From an uncultured delta proteobacterium (GTDB lineage Bacteria; Desulfobacterota; RBG-13-43-22), in the NCBI GenBank assembly GCA_963790475.1, contig CAWBOS010000010.1, positions 960,001-1,024,000 on the forward strand: 64,000 nucleotides of DNA, written 5' to 3'. The position numbers and the translations under genes were made by a program. How positions within the stretch are numbered: the first letter of the stretch is position 1; each line of letters begins with the position of its first letter. Below the pieces are notes generated by a model. The model was not told where the DNA came from, searched no databases, and saw only the letters and a program-made list of their open reading frames with translations. Positions 58,775-64,000 of the stretch are shown here, one piece after another.

Positions 58775-61063
58775 TTAATCTTTATTCCTCACACCTCTGC
58801 CCGATTGTTTTATTAAATCCCGATATAGCCTGGCCGCTTTTTGGGCTTCGGGATGGTCCCGCAATTCCTCCAGGGAATAGCGCATCTTTCTCGACCAGTT
58901 GGGATATTCGGTGATAGTTCCAGGCAGATTGAGCTGCTCTTTTTCTCTAAAAAGATCTTCCTGATTTAACACCGCCAACTTGGCCTGGGTGGAAACCAGG
59001 AAGGACAAAACGGCCCGGTGGAGTCCTTCGGTTAAAACCGGTTCCTCCTGGGCATGGAGGTTGAGGGCTTCCTCTTGGGATAGATATCCCAGATTTTGAA
59101 GTCGGTCGACCATTCTTCGCTTTTCATGGATCCGATTAATCATGGCGTGTTGAAATTGTCCTTCATTCAGAAAAAGACCCAATTCTCTTCGAACAACGAT
59201 ATCCTTCATACTCCAGAATCCGGCCAGCGGAGGGAGGTCATGGGTGCTTATCGAGGCCAGGGCCAATTCAGGATAGGTTTTCGGCGACTTTAAATTTCCG
59301 TCTTCCTCTTTTTCAAAGTAAAGCAATCGATACGAAAAAATCCCAAATTTTTGAAGACTCTCTCTCAAATGGTCCGGAAGGGTCCCCAGGTCTTCGCCGA
59401 TGATGAGGGTTTTATTTCGAACACTTTCCAGAGCCAAAATTTGAATCAATTCATCAAAGGGATATTTTACATAAGCCCCTTCTTCCGGAGACCGGCCTTC
59501 CAATATCCAAAAGAGGCGGGCCAGTTTCAAAATATGATCGATCCGCAAGGCCCCCCCGGGAAAACTGTTTTTCCGAATCTCCAAAGCAAAGAAGTTATAT
59601 CTTTCTTGACGATATTTTCTCACATCAGGGGGACAAAATCCCCAATCCTGCCCTTTTGGTGAAAAATCATCGGGCGGTGCCCCGGCTCTGAAGTCAGGGA
59701 CATTACAATCCCGCCAGGCCCAGGAATCGGCCTCCCGCGGATCAATGCCCAATGCCAGGTCATGATAAAGCCCGATCTCCGCCCCTGTTTTTATGGCTAG
59801 CTCTTGCACTTCAATCAGTTGTACCTCCACCTGCCATTGAAGATACTTATGGAACAAAACCTTCTGCCAGTGCTCTTTTCGAAAGGCTTGGACTTCAAAA
59901 GAATCAGGATTTTGAAAAGGGAGCGGCCATTGACTCCAGTTATAGAGCGTCGGGGCTTCACTCTGAAAATGGTCTTCCAAGGCGCAATAAACCGCAAAGC
60001 GATCTAACAAATCCCCTTCTCGATCGACATAAGCCATAAATTCTTTTTGACGCCGCGTCTCTTGTCCGGCCGCCTTCCAATGGTGTTCCAAAAAAGTTGG
60101 AAAGATTTTTTCCAATATCTTCCGCTTCAGTCTATCCACTTTTTCGAACTCAACTTTTTCAGAGCTCCTTAGTTCAGTTAGCAATATCCGGGTCTCCTTT
60201 GCCGCCACTATTTCCCTCGCCTCAAAGGAATGGTTATATTCTTCCATTTCGGGAATATGCAAATAAATTGGGTTCCGATAAAAACGGCTGGAGGGATAAT
60301 AGGGGCTGATATTATAGGGCTCTTTATTGGTAAGAGCATGTAAAGGCAGGAGGCCAATAACATCTACCTGCATGGATTCGATCGCCCAGCGGACCAGCTC
60401 CTTCAGGTCGTTAAAATCCCCTACCCCCCAATTGTTTCCTGAACGAAGGCCAGCTAAGGAAATCATCAGTCCGGCCCTCCGGCCGTTTCCCTTAAACACC
60501 GGGGGAAGATAGCACTGCTCTGGACAAACGATCAGGTTAATGGATTGTTCAAACCGACGGCCGGCTTGGCGTAAGATAAATAAAATATGATGATAACCTA
60601 AGGGCGATCCTTCGGGGAAAGACAGGCTGCCTCTCAAATAAAGGACCCCCTCGACCTCGGCGGCTTCTTTGAACTTAAGTTGCGGATGAGAAAAATAATC
60701 CATCTTTCTGTGGCCGTCTTCCTCTTCGATGGTTAATTCAACTTGGGTATCTTCAGGCAGCCGGTCCCGACTCATTCCAGGGGCTGCCGGGAACTGAAAG
60801 ACAAGTTCTTCTGGCAGGGCACTGATAGAGACGATTCGGATGGGTTCGGTCAGTGATTTCCACTCCTTATTTTCCTCGGCTTGGACTGCTTTTTTCAACT
60901 CCTCTATATTCTCCACCCCACATCCCATGGCCGATAAAATTCTCTTCTTGGTCTCCAGGGGAATGGGGTGAAGGTTTCCCCAATTATCCCGAAATTCCGG
61001 CTCAATACCTTTTCGTTTGGCTAACTGGTCCAATAAATTACAGTATTCTTCATGGTCAGTCAT
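58775..61063 (-). CDS. malQ: 4-alpha-glucanotransferase (amylomaltase, GH77)
   Basis: WGVGDF, SPYYPSSR, YHDLALG, GAPPD, LRIDH, GEDLG, STHDLP, NLPGT. Confidence 0.93.
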   Translation of the reverse strand: MTDHEEYCNLLDQLAKRKGIEPEFRDNWGNLHPIPLETKKRILSAMGCGVENIEELKKAVQAEENKEWKSLTEPIRIVSISALPEELVFQFPAAPGMSRDRLPEDTQVELTIEEEDGHRKMDYFSHPQLKFKEAAEVEGVLYLRGSLSFPEGSPLGYHHILFILRQAGRRFEQSINLIVCPEQCYLPPVFKGNGRRAGLMISLAGLRSGNNWGVGDFNDLKELVRWAIESMQVDVIGLLPLHALTNKEPYNISPYYPSSRFYRNPIYLHIPEMEEYNHSFEAREIVAAKETRILLTELRSSEKVEFEKVDRLKRKILEKIFPTFLEHHWKAAGQETRRQKEFMAYVDREGDLLDRFAVYCALEDHFQSEAPTLYNWSQWPLPFQNPDSFEVQAFRKEHWQKVLFHKYLQWQVEVQLIEVQELAIKTGAEIGLYHDLALGIDPREADSWAWRDCNVPDFRAGAPPDDFSPKGQDWGFCPPDVRKYRQERYNFFALEIRKNSFPGGALRIDHILKLARLFWILEGRSPEEGAYVKYPFDELIQILALESVRNKTLIIGEDLGTLPDHLRESLQKFGIFSYRLLYFEKEEDGNLKSPKTYPELALASISTHDLPPLAGFWSMKDIVVRRELGLFLNEGQFQHAMINRIHEKRRMVDRLQNLGYLSQEEALNLHAQEEPVLTEGLHRAVLSFLVSTQAKLAVLNQEDLFREKEQLNLPGTITEYPNWSRKMRYSLEELRDHPEAQKAARLYRDLIKQSGRGVRNKD

Positions 61064-61251
61064 TGAATAAGAATTACCTTTCCCTGTTCACTTATCCGGA
61101 CATTAAAATCATATCCGCTCTTATGAGTAAGTTGTTTTAACAACTCAATCCCTTGGTTAATGTCATCAACCTCGGAATAACCGCATCCATTCATTTTATC
61201 AGATGCCAGTCTGGCTAGCCAGTCAGGCAAGCAATTATTGATATTCTTCAA
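61060..61251 (-). pseudogene. Small ORF whose last ~30 codons are a diverged duplicate of the CapA C-terminus
   Basis: QGIELLKQLTHKSGYDFNVRISEQGKV vs CapA EGVQLLRELTHKNGDLFNVRISEEGGI. Confidence 0.6.
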
Positions 61252-61260
61252 GGTCGTTAT

Positions 61261-62319
61261 TCATCTAATTCGGCTTATTCCTCCCTCTTCACTTATTCGG
61301 ACGTTGAAAAGATCCCCGTTTTTATGAGTTAGTTCCCTCAGCAACTGAACCCCTTCTCCCTTACTGTCCGGGGCAGGGATTCCTCCCTGGATCAATTTTA
61401 CGGGGACCAGGTGGCCCTCCAGAAATTCACCGGTTTCCAGATCCAGTTTGATCTTCAAAATACCACTGATCCCGTTAGGCCCCTTAAGATTGAACAGGCC
61501 ATAGGTCAGAAAATTTCCCAGACTGTAGGCAATTAATTTTTTTTTATAAATTTCCATGGCCCTTAAGACGTGGGGCCCATGGCCCAAGACCAGGTCGGCA
61601 CCGGCCTCAATGACCGAGTGTGAAAAAAGCATCACGTTGCCCCGATCCTCGCCCAGAAAAATTTCATTTTGGTTGACGACCTGAAGGGCGTTTTTCCCTT
61701 CGGCTCCTCCATGAAAGGAAACAATCACCAGGTCATGGTCCTCCTTTATTTTTGAAATCATTTCTTTGGCCCGGTCGATTTCCAACAGGGACCAGGAACA
61801 GGGGGATGAATGGAAGGAAAATCCTACCACAGCAATTCTCTTCCCTTTGACGGTCAATTCGGCCAAGGTTTGGCCCCCCGAAGGCTGTATCCCTAAACCA
61901 GTCAACGTCTCCAGGGTGCTTTTGACGCCCTCCACTCCAAAATCCAGGGTATGATTGTTGGCAATATTCATCACCGTAAACCCGGCTTGTTTCAAGTGTA
62001 GGGCGTAACGGGTCGGCATCTTGAATTCAAAACACCAGGGGCTTTTCGTCTCCCGGCACTTACCCGATCCGCCATCGTCCAATAAGGGACCTTCCAGGTT
62101 TCCAAAAGTGATGTCCCCCCCTCTTAAATGGGGGAAAATTCCGGCGAATATATTCTGACCATCATCAGGCGGCAGAATTCCCCTTGAGCCCTGGGACCCC
62201 ATCATAATATCTCCAACAGCAACAATAGACAAAAAATAACCGGCCCAAGCCTTTTGACAAAAATATCCGCTGTTCAGTAAGAAAAAAATAAAAAATAAGG
62301 ATCGGACCGATTTAGGCAT
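61261..62319 (-). CDS. CapA/PgsA-family metallophosphoesterase, exported
   Basis: AVGDIM, GNLEG, ANNH, SFHGGAE, GHGPHV, YSLGNF; signal peptide. Confidence 0.9.
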   Translation of the reverse strand: MPKSVRSLFFIFFLLNSGYFCQKAWAGYFLSIVAVGDIMMGSQGSRGILPPDDGQNIFAGIFPHLRGGDITFGNLEGPLLDDGGSGKCRETKSPWCFEFKMPTRYALHLKQAGFTVMNIANNHTLDFGVEGVKSTLETLTGLGIQPSGGQTLAELTVKGKRIAVVGFSFHSSPCSWSLLEIDRAKEMISKIKEDHDLVIVSFHGGAEGKNALQVVNQNEIFLGEDRGNVMLFSHSVIEAGADLVLGHGPHVLRAMEIYKKKLIAYSLGNFLTYGLFNLKGPNGISGILKIKLDLETGEFLEGHLVPVKLIQGGIPAPDSKGEGVQLLRELTHKNGDLFNVRISEEGGISRIR

Positions 62320-62595
62320 TCATTCTTTCCCCAATCCAAGCTGAAAATGGTTTTCCTGGAAATGTATTTTACTATTACTACCTATACTACAGAATACATT
62401 GTTTGTAAAAAATCTTATCCCTCCCTCACCTCTGGCCACAATTACGGAATCCTTGACAAAGAGTACATAAAATTATAAAAAATAGAATAAATCTTTCACC
62501 AGATGGGGGACCGAAATAGCAAAAAAGAACCTGTCTCGACTTTCCCCCCAAACCTTTAAATATCTGATATCGATTTTTCTTTACAAGGTTTTATT

Positions 62596-63075
62596 TTGGT
62601 CTATAAAAACAAACCTCTCCTCAAAGGGCCGATCCTTTTTTTGAGTTCGGGAACCTACTTGGGTTATATTCCCATAGCCTCGGGGACCTTTGGGACCCTT
62701 TGGGGTCTGCCAATATTCTACTGGCTTTCGGGACAACGGCTTTGGATGCAAATTTTTATTATAGTCGCTTCCATCCTGTTGGCCGTTTTATTGGCCGGGC
62801 AAGCCGAGGAAATTTGGGGAAGGAAAGACCCTTCCCAAGTAGTGATCGACGAAATAGTCGGTTTTATGACAACCATGTTTGGGCTGACTTTCTCCTGGAA
62901 AATAGGTTTGGTGGGTTTCTTTCTATTCCGGGCCATGGACATCTTTAAACCCTATCCGATTAGAATAATCGATCAGAATATGCCCGGAGGTTGGGGCGTC
63001 GTCCTTGATGATGTCCTGGCCGGGATCTACTGCCAGGTAATTCTCCAGGTACTTGTATATTATAAGGTAATTTAG
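62596..63075 (+). CDS. pgpA: Phosphatidylglycerophosphatase A
   Basis: SGTFGTL, KDPSQVVIDEIVG, FRAMDIFKPYP, GVVLDDVLAG. Confidence 0.93.
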   Translation: MVYKNKPLLKGPILFLSSGTYLGYIPIASGTFGTLWGLPIFYWLSGQRLWMQIFIIVASILLAVLLAGQAEEIWGRKDPSQVVIDEIVGFMTTMFGLTFSWKIGLVGFFLFRAMDIFKPYPIRIIDQNMPGGWGVVLDDVLAGIYCQVILQVLVYYKVI

Positions 63076-63099
63076 TTTCATAACAGAGATATTTAAACC

Positions 63100-64000
63100 A
63101 TGTCTTTAAGAATAGAAATCATAGGGATCGGCAATGAATTAGTCACCGGCCGGGTCCTGGATCAAAACGCTGGATATGCGGCAGCCAGATTGCATTCTTT
63201 TGGATTTGAAGTCAACCGAATCGTCTTGATCGGGGATCAACCCCAAGTTATCCATTCGGCACTGAAACAAGCGGAAAAAAGGGCCGATGTCGTCCTGGTG
63301 ACCGGCGGCTTAGGGGGCACCCTGGATGATATTACCGTAGAGGTGGTCAGCCGGGCCTTTCGTCGTCCCCTGGTTCTACATAAGGGTCTCCAAGTTCAAA
63401 TCAAACGCTTTTTGACCCAAAAGGATATCCCCTGGGATCCTATCTTTGAAAAAATAGCCTGGCTGCCGGAAGGGGTGGAACTGCTTCATCCCCGACCCAA
63501 GGCTTGTGGTTTTATGATGAACGAAAAGGGGAAACTATTTTTCTTCCTTCCTGGGATTCCGGCTGAAATGAGGAGGTATTTGGACCGTCAGATTATTCCC
63601 TATTTAATCCAGAACTACTCCGGTCAGAAAGTCATCCGGCAGAGGGTGTATAATATCTTTGGATTATTAGAGCCGGAGATCAATGAGAGATTTATAGACC
63701 TGGAGAAACAATTTGAATCACTTCGACTAGGGTTTTATCCCAACTTTCCCGAAAACCAACTGACTATTTCCGTTCGATCCGAAAAGGCCCTTTGGGCTGA
63801 ACGCCTGCTCGATTCCATTGAAAAGGTGGTCGAAGAACGGCTGGCCGGGCACCTTATTTCCAAAAATGATCAAACCCTGGAATTAGTCATCGGCGATTTA
63901 TTAAGACAAAAAAAAATGACCCTCTCTGTAGCCGAATCCTGCACTGGGGGATTGATCGGTCATCGAATAACCAGTGTCGCGGGTAGCTCGGAATATTTTG
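63100..64000 (+). CDS. cinA: CinA competence/damage-inducible protein (MoCF domain + PncC), 3'-truncated by window edge
   Basis: Own translation from ATG 63100: IGIGNELVTGRVLDQN, TGGLGGTLDDIT, LPGIPAEM, VAESCTGGLIG; follows pgpA. Confidence 0.9.
   Translation, partial: MSLRIEIIGIGNELVTGRVLDQNAGYAAARLHSFGFEVNRIVLIGDQPQVIHSALKQAEKRADVVLVTGGLGGTLDDITVEVVSRAFRRPLVLHKGLQVQIKRFLTQKDIPWDPIFEKIAWLPEGVELLHPRPKACGFMMNEKGKLFFFLPGIPAEMRRYLDRQIIPYLIQNYSGQKVIRQRVYNIFGLLEPEINERFIDLEKQFESLRLGFYPNFPENQLTISVRSEKALWAERLLDSIEKVVEERLAGHLISKNDQTLELVIGDLLRQKKMTLSVAESCTGGLIGHRITSVAGSSEYF

Overview
Chromosomal window of about 64 kb from an anaerobic Deltaproteobacteria/Desulfobacterota-like bacterium (taxonomy inferred from gene content). 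Housekeeping and metabolic genes dominate: mdh, a TPAT-type TRAP transporter, ttcA, rlmH, thrC, pncB, uvrB, rmuC, hisS-aspS, a Re-citrate-synthase-like gene, biotin carrier/carboxyltransferase/methylmalonyl-CoA mutase, tex, ettA, an acyl-CoA ligase, treY/GH57/glgB/malQ, capA and pgpA-cinA. Less ordinary content: (1) a 28-bp XerCD dif-like site at 10208-10235; (2) beside it an IS200 and a lexA / inactive RecA-fold / small-protein cassette with its own palindromic operator but no polymerase gene; (3) a family of intergenic 7-nt-periodic inverted-repeat elements, with related heptamer runs inside a signal peptide; (4) a sirtuin, a rubrerythrin::acyl-CoA thioesterase fusion and a CMD gene, the last cut by an IS200 relic; (5) a Csu-type chaperone-usher pilus operon faced by two paralogous secreted proteins under a sigma54 promoter; (6) a decaying glycogen/trehalose locus (glgB with its catalytic core deleted in frame, a treZ remnant, a duplicated capA tail). 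I saw no rRNA, tRNA or CRISPR array. All calls come from reading motifs by eye; no database search was run.
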